Source of the DNA: an archaeon
Lineage (GTDB): Archaea > Micrarchaeota > Micrarchaeia > Norongarragalinales > UBA97
NCBI GenBank assembly: GCA_020057405.1
Contig: JAGVFW010000013.1
Location: forward strand, 64,001 to 128,000
DNA length: 64,000 nt
Direction: 5' to 3'
In this document: piece after piece, positions 18,854 to 27,900 of the stretch
Layout: each line of letters starts with the position of its first letter
Position numbering within the stretch: the first letter of the stretch is position 1
Translations under genes and position numbers: made by a program
Notes under the pieces: generated by a model
The model's database searches: none
What the model was told of the DNA's origin: nothing
What the model saw: the letters and a program-made list of their open reading frames with translations, nothing else

Positions 18854-19735
18854 ATGATAGAAAATAATCGTGAGCGGATTCTTCTTCGGCTCTTGCTGAC
18901 GCCGGTTCCTCTCCTTGCACTCGTGACGACCGCACTCTTGCTGGCGGCTGGAACCGCACATGCGGACGGTAACTTCACGCTCATACAATTCAACACTACG
19001 AACATAACCGCCATAAACGCGACGCGGTTGCTGCCGGATTTGATTACTGGATTGTCTGCAGACCGGACGGAACTCTATGTAGGCGAGAGCTTCACCGTAA
19101 CCGAGCGCACGCTCAACATCGGCCGCGGACGCGCGAAGGCGTCGTCAACCGCATCCCACATGGTGTTCAGGGGGAATGGCTATGGCAACGGCGGCTCGGC
19201 GTATGTTCCAAAACCAGTTTTGCGGCCGGGGCAATACGCCGACTACAACGGAACATTCTACTGCGGCGACGTTGGCAACTACACCTTCAGCGCGCAAGCG
19301 GACTACTTCAACAACGTCACCGAGTCCAACGAGACCAACAACAACGCGTGGGCGGCCGTCAACGTGACCTGCACTGCGCCACAAGGGTCGGACCTAGTCA
19401 CGCGGTTCGACAAGGCAACAATAGGAAATTACACATACTACCCCAGCAACGGCAGGATTTTCATTCCGTTCAACACCAACGTTACTTTTTATGAAACGAC
19501 TTCGAACATAGGGGGAGCTTTTGCCTCACCTTCCACCACCGTAATCGGAACTGTCTCCGGTAGGCATTACCTAGCCAAACCGAGCATCGCCCCCAACTCG
19601 TCAATTCAGTCAACATTTACGTACAAGTGCAGATGGGACGAAACAATTAACGTCACTGCAGATTACTTTGGCGAAGTGAGCGAAAGCAATGAATCGAACA
19701 ATTTCGTCGAGCTATACGTCGGTTGCGTGTGGTAG
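18854..19735 (+). CDS. Secreted protein with two CARDB (Ig-like) domains
   Basis: Signal peptide, plus two PDL/SDL...ADY...ESNE(T/S)NN CARDB motifs. Confidence 0.8.
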   Translation: MIENNRERILLRLLLTPVPLLALVTTALLLAAGTAHADGNFTLIQFNTTNITAINATRLLPDLITGLSADRTELYVGESFTVTERTLNIGRGRAKASSTASHMVFRGNGYGNGGSAYVPKPVLRPGQYADYNGTFYCGDVGNYTFSAQADYFNNVTESNETNNNAWAAVNVTCTAPQGSDLVTRFDKATIGNYTYYPSNGRIFIPFNTNVTFYETTSNIGGAFASPSTTVIGTVSGRHYLAKPSIAPNSSIQSTFTYKCRWDETINVTADYFGEVSESNESNNFVELYVGCVW

Positions 19736-19946
19736 ACGAAAACGCATTGACGCGGAATCCACACGAGAAGCTGGTACTGAAAGCAATGCGGCGGTTGTTG
19801 ACCCGGTCACCGGCGCGGACATTGCAAGCGGCACCGTAAGCCCGAGAGGAAGCGCACTTGAAATCAGGTCGCACTCCCAGTTGGCAATAAGGTACGCAAG
19901 CGAACTGGCAAGCGCGAAGTTCTCCTTTGACAAGATGAATTAAGCG

Positions 19947-20807
19947 ATGGGGCAGGTGGTTGGAATGGGTTTGCTTGGAAAACTTTTGGGCGGAGAAAAG
20001 CCTATGCCCAAGAAGAGCGGGGGGCACGGCAGCCACTGGCAAACGCTTTTCCCCCAGTTGGACGACGTGTTTGTAAAAGCGCTCGTGGCCGGAGCGGAGT
20101 CAAGTAAGGTAGAATTAAGCCGCAAGGGCACGTTTGCAGGAATGCGGGACACTACGCTGGCGTACGCGGTGTTTGGAGAGAAACTTGCGTTCGTTTACGC
20201 GCTTTTCTTAAAAGAAGTCGAACGCGATGGAAAGAAGCTGAAAGGCCTGATTGTTGACGAACCGTTCACCGCATACCCCGCTTACTTTGCCGCAAAGCCA
20301 CATAACGGCACGATCAAGGCGGTTGAGGAATGGGCAAACGGGACCGAAGCGCAGGTGCAAGTCAAGCTCGACGCTGGACCTGCTTTGTGGTTTTTCGCGA
20401 CCGACTACTTGGAGAAGAAGGAAAAGTACGCAGTTGGAAGCAAGGCGGCACCCAAACTCGCGGGTTTTGCATATCGGCTGAACAAATTAGGCGACGAAAA
20501 ACGCGAAGTCACGCTTCCTGACGGGAGCAAGGCGTCAATGGACAACTTCGCGGGCATTATCCCCATGCAGATGACGCACAAGGCTGGCGATGTCGACGAT
20601 TATGCCGTGTGGGCGAAGGTAGAGCGGCTTTCGCAAGAGAAAACGCCAGTTAGCGCGAAAGTCGTCGAGGCGATTGTGGCGTACGGAGGCGAAAACCACA
20701 AGACAGCCATATCGATTCCCATCGTGACCACGGAAAAAACACTTCCCGATGCAGTCAAGCCCGGCGAGAAAATCACGGGAACGATTTGGTTAACTGGATC
20801 GCTTTGA
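19947..20807 (+). CDS. Hypothetical protein
   Basis: 286-aa ORF with normal composition; no motif recognised. Confidence 0.6.
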   Translation: MGQVVGMGLLGKLLGGEKPMPKKSGGHGSHWQTLFPQLDDVFVKALVAGAESSKVELSRKGTFAGMRDTTLAYAVFGEKLAFVYALFLKEVERDGKKLKGLIVDEPFTAYPAYFAAKPHNGTIKAVEEWANGTEAQVQVKLDAGPALWFFATDYLEKKEKYAVGSKAAPKLAGFAYRLNKLGDEKREVTLPDGSKASMDNFAGIIPMQMTHKAGDVDDYAVWAKVERLSQEKTPVSAKVVEAIVAYGGENHKTAISIPIVTTEKTLPDAVKPGEKITGTIWLTGSL

Positions 20808-20809
20808 GA

Positions 20810-20840
20810 CAATCAACTTTTAGTTGATTGTGGTTCTACC
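20810..20840 (+). promoter_or_regulatory. Palindromic operator, copy 2
   Basis: CAATCAACT-TTT-AGTTGATTG followed by TTCTACC, upstream of the radical SAM gene. Confidence 0.65.
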
Positions 20841-20875
20841 CAACAAATAAGATTCTGCAAAAATAAAACAAGTTA

Positions 20876-21778
20876 GTGAACATCGAAGTTGTTGATTGGA
20901 AGATTATTGGAACCTGCAATTTGCGTTGTTTGCACTGCTACGGCCCGCCCAAAACGGATACGGCCCTCCCATTAGAGAAATTACTAGCAATCATCGACAA
21001 GTTCAAACTTCTTAAAATAAAATGGGTGGTGCTAACTGGAGGTGAACCCTTGCTCGTACAGAATATAGAAACAGTATTCCGTCACTTAAATCAGCACAAC
21101 ATCAAAATCGCTTTATCGACTAACACCACCTACTTCAGAAAATTTCAACCATCCATTGAAAAGTACGTTTCGTCACTGAATATTCCGATTGACGGTTCCA
21201 CACCAGAAATTCACGCTAAATCACGTAAAGACACGGCGTCATATCATTCAGCAGCCGATGTCCTTAAGTTCTACCTTGAAAATCCGGAAAATAAACCCGA
21301 ACTACTTCGAGTGGGGACTGTTTTCTCGAAAGCTAACCAAGGAGATTTCATCAACATTGCAAGGCTGCTTGAACCCTACGAATCAATCATAAGCACGTGG
21401 AAGATCTACGAATTAATGAACTCCGACACGCACCTTGATCTCAGAGCGCCGATTCTCCACGAACACGCTAATTTTGAACTGGAAATGGAGGAACTACACT
21501 CTACGGGCTTGCTTTCATCGAAAATATTGGTTTCCCGCGCTAGCTCGAGAAATAAGGCCTACTTTATGCTTAATCCCCAAGGGCAAGTCGTAGTTCCGAC
21601 AAACCTAGATGGCATCTCCACGGACATGCCTGCCGGAGACTTCTTATGGACTCCAACGGACAAGTTGTTGGCACGCTGGCAAACAATGGTTTCCACAGAA
21701 AACTATAACTCAAACCACACTCGCCACTATGGCAAGATTAAGCTAACTCCGATTATGCTTGAGATGAAAGCGCGATGA
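20876..21778 (+). CDS. Radical SAM protein, viperin-like
   Basis: CNLRCLHC, TGGEP, STN, IDG, RVGTV, WKIYE and AYFMLNPQG occur in the order of the viperin motifs (GGEP, WKVFQ, SYLILD/SYLMIDPxG). Confidence 0.75.
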   Translation: MNIEVVDWKIIGTCNLRCLHCYGPPKTDTALPLEKLLAIIDKFKLLKIKWVVLTGGEPLLVQNIETVFRHLNQHNIKIALSTNTTYFRKFQPSIEKYVSSLNIPIDGSTPEIHAKSRKDTASYHSAADVLKFYLENPENKPELLRVGTVFSKANQGDFINIARLLEPYESIISTWKIYELMNSDTHLDLRAPILHEHANFELEMEELHSTGLLSSKILVSRASSRNKAYFMLNPQGQVVVPTNLDGISTDMPAGDFLWTPTDKLLARWQTMVSTENYNSNHTRHYGKIKLTPIMLEMKAR

Positions 21779-22344
21779 CTGGGGAACTGATGGACGTAGT
21801 CAACCACGCAAATGCCGTTATTGGAAGCGCGACAGTAAGCGAAGTGTATGAGCGTAAATTATCGCACCGGATAGTACATGTTTTTGTCCTCAACCAAAAT
21901 GGCGAAGTATACCTGCAACAGCGGGCCCTAACTGACTCATTTCTTCCAGGGTACTGGTGCACCTCTGCAGGAGGGCACGTAAGAAAAGGAGAATCGTACG
22001 AAGATGCAGCGCGCAGAGAACTTGAAGAAGAGCTTGGCCTCAAAGATGCACCACTCGCCCCGCTAGGCAGCACTTTTCAATTCCAGCCCGACGAACACCA
22101 ACGCCACCTGCAAGTCTTTGTCGCGTTCTCACCAAAAAGTCCGGCCCCAAACAAAGCCGAGGTGCATAAGGGTAAATTTTTTGACCTAGGGGAAGCGATA
22201 CGAAAAGTCAAGTCAAACAAGCAAATTCATCCTCAACTTCAGCCCTGCTTGGCTCTGCTTTATGAAAACAGGGAAAGGCTTAAGGAAAGTCTGATCTTCT
22301 CTCCGAAAACCGAGCGGGAGCTATCGGCGAAATCCTCAAAATAG
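21775..22344 (+). CDS. NUDIX hydrolase (IDI/YfcD-like)
   Basis: GGHVRKGESYEDAARRELEEELG Nudix box. Confidence 0.9.
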   Translation: MTGELMDVVNHANAVIGSATVSEVYERKLSHRIVHVFVLNQNGEVYLQQRALTDSFLPGYWCTSAGGHVRKGESYEDAARRELEEELGLKDAPLAPLGSTFQFQPDEHQRHLQVFVAFSPKSPAPNKAEVHKGKFFDLGEAIRKVKSNKQIHPQLQPCLALLYENRERLKESLIFSPKTERELSAKSSK

Positions 22345-22380
22345 GTTAGTTTTCAGATTGTCGAAATCCCGACATTCCAC

Positions 22381-22450
22381 CAATCAACTTTTAGTTGATT
22401 TCAATTCTACCGAGCTAATTTATTCCGGCACTTCCACAATAATTTCGACA
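22381..22450 (+). promoter_or_regulatory. Operator/promoter element, copy 3
   Basis: CAATCAACTTTTAGTTGATT..TTCTACCG..TTTATTCCGGCAC..CACAATAATTTCGACA. Confidence 0.65.
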
Positions 22451-22643
22451 TGGATGCGCGGGCCAACAAAGTAAAAACACGGGGGCGCTTATTTTCATTA
22501 AGGCGTTCACTGCGGCCAGCGCCAAAATCTCCTCTTCTTAAGTTCGAGCGGGAACCGGCAGCGGAAGGGTTGCCTACCAAAAGCGGATTGCCTCAAAGCG
22601 TATCCGCGCCGGTTGCCCGACTTAAAGGGGACAACGGGAGCAC

Positions 22644-23165
22644 ATGCTGAAAACGCCTAGGAATATCATAATCGAGGGCGTGGAATGCGCAGGCAAGACC
22701 ACGCTAATAGACGCGCTTAGCCGTGAATGCCGCGGGTGGGACATCAAGTACCTGCCGCACAAGGACGGCAACCAATTCAAGAGATACGTGCACGAGTACC
22801 TCACCAACGAAAAGACGATTTTCAACCGCTCGCACTTAAGCGAAGTCGTGTGCGGGAGTTTGTGGAGAGGCGGACCTGGAATGAGTGAAGAGGAAACGAG
22901 TACCCTAAACAAGCTAGTTGGAGAAGAATTCGTCGTGGTGCTTGTTGACGCCGACCCCGAAGTGATTAAACAGCGCTTTAGGGAAAGAGGCTATGTCGAG
23001 GGGGCTAAAATTGACGAAGTGGAAGCCGTCCAAAAGGGATTCAAAAACGCATTTGAAAACGTGACGCACATAACTTGCGTGTCAAACGACGAGGACGACT
23101 TGAAACGAAATGTCGGGACTATAGCGAAGTTCATGAGGGGGATTGCGGATGGAGAAAGTCACTAG
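22644..23165 (+). CDS. Thymidylate/nucleoside monophosphate kinase-like protein
   Basis: IIEGVECAGKTT P-loop, IFNRSHLSE (DR motif equivalent) and QRFRERG lid. Confidence 0.8.
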   Translation: MLKTPRNIIIEGVECAGKTTLIDALSRECRGWDIKYLPHKDGNQFKRYVHEYLTNEKTIFNRSHLSEVVCGSLWRGGPGMSEEETSTLNKLVGEEFVVVLVDADPEVIKQRFRERGYVEGAKIDEVEAVQKGFKNAFENVTHITCVSNDEDDLKRNVGTIAKFMRGIADGESH

Positions 23166-23835
23166 AATTCCGACGCCTATCGAAATTCGCGCGATGTACG
23201 ACGAATACGGCGTTCCTATGAGCATCAGGCGGCACATCGAACGCGTGCGCGATGTTGGCGTGGCAATCGCCCAGAGAATGAAAACCGCGGGGACGCCGGT
23301 CAACGTGGGACTCGTAGAAGCAGGTTGCCTGATTCACGACGCGTTCAAGACTGCCACCGTAAGCGAGCTTAAGGCGAACCCGGAATTTGAGCAGCTGGAG
23401 CCTACTGAAAAGGAAATCACGGCCTGGAAAAAACTCAGGGAAGAGTACGGCGGGAAGATGCACGAGACGCTAGTGGCGGCGGAGAAAGTGCGGGAAAAGT
23501 ATCCCGAATTCGCCAAGTTCGTCGCGAACATCGGGTCAACGGGCAATCCGACGTACCTTAACCCGCCTAGCCACGCGCTTGAACTGCAGATACTCCACTA
23601 TGCCGACTGGCGCGTGCAGTTTGTCAACGTCATCCCGTTTGCCGAGCGGCTTGAGTACCTGCGCAAGACTTACTTGCCGCGCCATCCTGACAGGGGACAG
23701 GAGTGGTGGAACGAGATGCTCACGCACGAGTTTGAAATAGAAAAGCGGTTGTTTGAGAAGCTTGACGTAACGCCAGAACAACTCAAAGACATCGTCCCGA
23801 CTCGCGAATATCACGAAAGGCCGCGTAACGCTTAA
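23149..23835 (+). CDS. HD-domain phosphohydrolase
   Basis: RRH...LIHD...MHE...YAD motifs. Confidence 0.85.
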   Translation: MEKVTRIPTPIEIRAMYDEYGVPMSIRRHIERVRDVGVAIAQRMKTAGTPVNVGLVEAGCLIHDAFKTATVSELKANPEFEQLEPTEKEITAWKKLREEYGGKMHETLVAAEKVREKYPEFAKFVANIGSTGNPTYLNPPSHALELQILHYADWRVQFVNVIPFAERLEYLRKTYLPRHPDRGQEWWNEMLTHEFEIEKRLFEKLDVTPEQLKDIVPTREYHERPRNA

Positions 23836-23891
23836 AGTTAATCGAAAGTAGGCAGTCCGGTAGTGCGCCCAAAAGGAAGTGAGCGGTAGCC

Positions 23892-24050
23892 ATGAAAGCA
23901 GAAGGACGGAAGTCGTGTGGAACGTGCGGCAGGATGCAGTTTGTAAAGCAAAACCAATTGTCCCGCCGCAACGACGAGCGGATGCGCCTCACGATGTTCT
24001 TGTGCAAGTACTGCGGCGAAAGCGACGTGGTCGAGGCAGTGCCGCGGTAA
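23892..24050 (+). CDS. 52-aa Zn-ribbon protein (not in ORF track)
   Basis: MKAEGRKSCGTCGRMQF...MFLCKYCGESDVVEAVPR, with two CxxC pairs. Confidence 0.65.
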   Translation: MKAEGRKSCGTCGRMQFVKQNQLSRRNDERMRLTMFLCKYCGESDVVEAVPR

Positions 24051-24083
24051 AGAAACGAATCGAACAAACGAGGGTGGAAAGAA

Positions 24084-24404
24084 ATGAGTTTAGGTAGGAA
24101 AAGTTTGGTGGCCGTGCTACTGCTAATGGCAGTGCCTCTGGCGTTTGCGCAAACGCCCACGCCGCCGGGACAGGAAGTGGCTGGAAAGTTGTGCAGCATA
24201 GTGGATTTCGTGCAGTACATTGCCGGCGCGGTGGGTATAGTGGTCCTCGCAGTATTGGGACTCCAGTTCGTCACGGTCGGCTCCAACCCCATGAGAAGAG
24301 AGGAGCTAAAGACGCAGATGGGATTGGCGCTGATGGGCTTGTTCATCGTGCTTGTCTCGAAGTCCCTGGTTGGCCTCATACTGCCAAACGCGGCAACCTG
24401 CTAA
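24084..24404 (+). CDS. TrbC/VirB2-like pilin
   Basis: Signal peptide ending AFAQ, then two hydrophobic helices separated by GSNPMRREELK; first gene of a VirB4 operon. Confidence 0.7.
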   Translation: MSLGRKSLVAVLLLMAVPLAFAQTPTPPGQEVAGKLCSIVDFVQYIAGAVGIVVLAVLGLQFVTVGSNPMRREELKTQMGLALMGLFIVLVSKSLVGLILPNAATC

Positions 24405-24418
24405 AACCGGGTAAGCAC

Positions 24419-25948
24419 GTGGGATGGGTTTTGGCGGCAGCGGTACTGCTTGCAGTGGTCGGGATGGCGGCGGGGGAGAGTGTGCAAGAGATTGTCGCCG
24501 CTACAAACTTGCTTGACAACACTCGACCCGCGTTCCAGCTAGTGCAGGCGGCTAACGCCAACTTGACTTGCTGCGGCAAAGGCCCGCCAGTAGGGGCCGC
24601 CAACGCAAGCTCGCCTGCCGGAACTACGTTTGCGAAGCTCGTGGACTTTAGCCCAAGTGTTTTTGACGTGCTTTCTGGCGAGCTCGTGCTCAATCAAACT
24701 GGCAATGTCACTACCTTTGCTTCTGCGACAATACTCAAGCCGCAGTTAAGCGGGCAAGGCGACTGCAAGACAGTGAAGCTGCTTTCAACAGTAAACTCGA
24801 GCCTGACCCTAACGCAAGTGCCGCAGGGAAAAGTTCTTGCGAGAACAGGACACTTTGAGTCCCCGCAACTTGACTTTAATTCCTTTCAAAACTATTCCGC
24901 CGGTTGGCCAAGGCGAGGGCGCACGGAGCTGCCGTACGACTTGGACGGCGGGGAAGGAAAAGAAGCGCTCGGCTTGAGGCTCAACTACTCGGTTCAAGCG
25001 ACTTTCACCGTAGCGCACTACAAGAACGTGCAACACCGAGTTTGTTTCATCACTTGTTTCTACTACTGGACCTGCGACTACTCAAGCCAAGAACAAAAAG
25101 CCTACCTCTTAGCTGCAGTTCAAACGCAAAACGCATCGTACTACGCAGGAGGGCCCGGGGCCGAGTCGGTAGAAGAACTCGCAAGCGGGGGACTTACGTC
25201 AAACACGACGATTGAGATGAAGACGCCATTCGACTACGTGAAAATCACGGCCGGCGCCGCCACTGCGAAAATCCGCACTGCCGCTTTCCCCCTTTCGTAT
25301 GAGAATTCAAGTTACGAGTTCATCAGGATAAACGCAGTGCCAACGCACGCCAGCGAGACAGTGGGTGCACGTATTTTGAGGGAGTCGAAGTTAGGCACTA
25401 CAGTAAATTTGGAAGTTTGGTTTCCTGCTTCATCACAAGCGCAAGTGCTCCTGCAAACGCCATTCGCGGAGGTACGCTTGGCTGCCAGCATAAGCCGGGT
25501 TAGTGCGGAAAGACTGGCCGTCATCGCAGCGCGGAGCGGTCGGGCTGGAGAGAAAATTAACGCGACTGCTAGCGTAACTTTTGAAAACGGCTCGCCTGTT
25601 GAAGGCAGGCTGGTGAAATTCACTTTGCCGGAATCGGCTGGTTACGACGCGATGACCAACGGCAGCGGGTTGGCCGTCGCGAGCTTTTTGATGCCTGAAG
25701 GGCAAAACGCGGTCGTGAAGGCAAGCGAATCAAACGGGGCGCGGGAGCTCGAGGCGCAAAGCACGGTTTTCGTGCAAAACTCTTCTCCTCGGCTGCTTCT
25801 CGACTACGCCCAACTGGCCTTAGCCTGCGCGATTGGATTTTGGTGCATTCTTTTCGGGCTTGGCTTGCGCCGTGAAGCGAGTCATGCACTTGGGACAGGG
25901 CTTGCTTGTGCGGCAATGCTGTTTGTCGCCTACTCGGTGGTCGGATGA
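24419..25948 (+). CDS. Secreted, membrane-anchored protein with an Ig-like domain (start approximate)
   Basis: N-terminal hydrophobic signal, Cys pairs, NGSPVEGRLVKF Big-1-like segment and two C-terminal TM helices. Confidence 0.6.
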   Translation: MGWVLAAAVLLAVVGMAAGESVQEIVAATNLLDNTRPAFQLVQAANANLTCCGKGPPVGAANASSPAGTTFAKLVDFSPSVFDVLSGELVLNQTGNVTTFASATILKPQLSGQGDCKTVKLLSTVNSSLTLTQVPQGKVLARTGHFESPQLDFNSFQNYSAGWPRRGRTELPYDLDGGEGKEALGLRLNYSVQATFTVAHYKNVQHRVCFITCFYYWTCDYSSQEQKAYLLAAVQTQNASYYAGGPGAESVEELASGGLTSNTTIEMKTPFDYVKITAGAATAKIRTAAFPLSYENSSYEFIRINAVPTHASETVGARILRESKLGTTVNLEVWFPASSQAQVLLQTPFAEVRLAASISRVSAERLAVIAARSGRAGEKINATASVTFENGSPVEGRLVKFTLPESAGYDAMTNGSGLAVASFLMPEGQNAVVKASESNGARELEAQSTVFVQNSSPRLLLDYAQLALACAIGFWCILFGLGLRREASHALGTGLACAAMLFVAYSVVG

Positions 25949-26859
25949 AGGTATCTGCTATTGCGGTTGCTGCGCTCTTGCTAACGGGTTTTGCCAGCGC
26001 CTTTGACGGATGCCAGGACAACGGCTGCAACGATTTGCTGTGCAAGATTGCGGGATTGCCAAACGCGATTCAGTGCGCGCTGGAAACCGGGATAGCAAGC
26101 CAGCTTGAAAACGCGGTGACCGGCATTCTCTCGCGGGTCACGCAGTTTATTGTCGGAAGCCCGCCCCTTGACGGCAGTTCGACTAGGGAACTGTTTTCGC
26201 TCGTGTCGTTTTTGGTCGAACTCTTGTTCGTGCCAATCCTGATGCTAAACGGCTTGAAGCTCACGTACTCGAGCATGTTTAGCGCGCAAGAACGCGCGGA
26301 GGCAAAAGACGAGGTAAGGCAAGTTCTCGTGGCAATGGTGCTCGTGTGGGCGGCCTACGACTTGTACGCGCTTGCAACTGACGCGACAAACGCTTTTTCC
26401 GCCGCTTTGGCCCCGAGCCAGGCGGACTGGAATAATGCAGTAAACGCGAGTGCGGGCTTGTCCGGAATTGGGAACCTGGTTTTGCTCGGGTTAATCGTGT
26501 TTTCGCTACAGTTTTTCGCGTTTACGGCTTTCGCGAGATATATTCTGGCTTACGTCGGGCTCTTTACGCTAGTAATCTCGATGCCGCTTGAGGCGCTTCC
26601 CGCAACTTCCGGAATTGGTAGGGCAATGCGGAACCTAGTCGTGGCAAACTTCATCGTGCAAATTCTCCAGGCACTTTTCCTCAAAATTGCGGTAACAAGC
26701 ATCGCGGACTTGAACACGAGCTACACTTACAAGTTCGCTTTCATTACGGGAGTTCTTTTGGTCGGGGCACTGGCGGGAATAGTGGTTTACGCCGCGGCCC
26801 TGCTTTCGTCAATTTCGAGGAGTCCGGCCGCTAGGATGCTTGCTTACGCGGCGAGGTGA
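25945..26859 (+). CDS. Polytopic membrane protein, VirB6/TrbL/CedA-like
   Basis: Signal peptide and about 6 TM segments; position between the pilin and PrgI/VirB4 genes. Confidence 0.6.
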   Translation: MKVSAIAVAALLLTGFASAFDGCQDNGCNDLLCKIAGLPNAIQCALETGIASQLENAVTGILSRVTQFIVGSPPLDGSSTRELFSLVSFLVELLFVPILMLNGLKLTYSSMFSAQERAEAKDEVRQVLVAMVLVWAAYDLYALATDATNAFSAALAPSQADWNNAVNASAGLSGIGNLVLLGLIVFSLQFFAFTAFARYILAYVGLFTLVISMPLEALPATSGIGRAMRNLVVANFIVQILQALFLKIAVTSIADLNTSYTYKFAFITGVLLVGALAGIVVYAAALLSSISRSPAARMLAYAAR

Positions 26860-26865
26860 AAATAA

Positions 26866-27900
26866 ATGGAAGGGGAGTTTGGAAAAGGGCTGTTGTACGA
26901 AGTGCCGGAGGAACTCCGCCACGAGGAGCGGGTGCTGTGGGTGTTTTCGTTACGGCAACTGCTCATACTCCTGCCATTTGCCATCGTGGCGCTGGCTTGC
27001 TTCCTGGGACTCGAGAACCTGGACTTTAAGGCGCGGCTCGCGATTCCGGCAATCATCTTATTTGCGGGTTATGCGCTTGCCTGCATTAAACCCGTGCAAG
27101 AGGCGGCTTGGCGCCACGTCAAGTACTTGATCACGCCTAGGCGGACAAGCTGGCGCGAGCCCCTCGCATCCGCTCACTTCGTCGGGGTTGAGGAAGTAAA
27201 AGCCAACGCGGTCTTCACTTCTGACGGCCACCTGCTTTCAGTGCTTTTGGTGACGCCCCTTGACTACAGCGTGCTTGGAGAGGACCAGAAGCACGCGCTC
27301 GTCTACGGCTACCGCTCGTTTCTAAACGCAATCTCGTTTCCAGTGCAGGTGGTGATGCGCACGACGAAAGTCAACTTGAAAGAGTATTTTGCGAAAGCCA
27401 AGGCAAAGGCCGCTAAGGCGGGTGATTCTGCGGCGCTATTGGAAATTAGCAAGTTCGAGCAGTTCGTCGAAGACTTCATCTCTTCGCGGGGAGTCAATGA
27501 CCGGCTGTTTTACCTCGTAATCCCGCAGGAGAAGGGAAAAGACCTCGAAAAGTCGTTGCGAGAGCTTGAAAACAAGACTGCCGTGTGCTGCGAAAAACTG
27601 GCGGCAATCGGCATTGCGTGCCGGAGGCTGGACGACAACTCACTAGTCTCGCTTTACGCAAGCTTTTTCGGGGGATTCGTGGAAGCCGGAGCCGATTACC
27701 TATCGCTCTTGACTTTCCTTGACTTTGCGCAAGAGCAACGGGAAAAACTCGAGGCTGCGGGAGCGAAAATGCGGGCTAAAGCCGTTTTCATTGGAATGGA
27801 GGTCGAACAAAGTGCTGGAAAGACTGTTTGGAAGGAAAAGGGAAGAACCGAAGCTCAAGGAAAGGCTATTGCCGTACCTGCTGGCGCCCTCAAGCATTGA
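26866..27900 (+). CDS. PrgI/VirB3-like membrane protein
   Basis: YEVPEEL..EERV..FSLRQL plus 2 TM helices, then FLNAISFPVQV, typical of PrgI-type fusions. Confidence 0.7.
   Translation: MEGEFGKGLLYEVPEELRHEERVLWVFSLRQLLILLPFAIVALACFLGLENLDFKARLAIPAIILFAGYALACIKPVQEAAWRHVKYLITPRRTSWREPLASAHFVGVEEVKANAVFTSDGHLLSVLLVTPLDYSVLGEDQKHALVYGYRSFLNAISFPVQVVMRTTKVNLKEYFAKAKAKAAKAGDSAALLEISKFEQFVEDFISSRGVNDRLFYLVIPQEKGKDLEKSLRELENKTAVCCEKLAAIGIACRRLDDNSLVSLYASFFGGFVEAGADYLSLLTFLDFAQEQREKLEAAGAKMRAKAVFIGMEVEQSAGKTVWKEKGRTEAQGKAIAVPAGALKH

Noticed and set aside
19689-19943. 84-aa ORF after the CARDB gene
   Set aside because: No convincing start or motif; at best a 3' gene remnant.
22450-22650. 66-aa ORF directly after operator copy 3
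   Set aside because: It could be a leaderless gene, but it has no recognisable features, so it is not called.
23783-24379. 198-aa minus-strand ORF
   Set aside because: It is the antisense shadow of the Zn-ribbon and pilin genes.
27719-27900. Programmed frameshift between the PrgI-like gene and virB4
   Set aside because: A GGAGG ribosome-binding site and an in-frame GTG at 27812 explain virB4 as an independent, overlapping gene.
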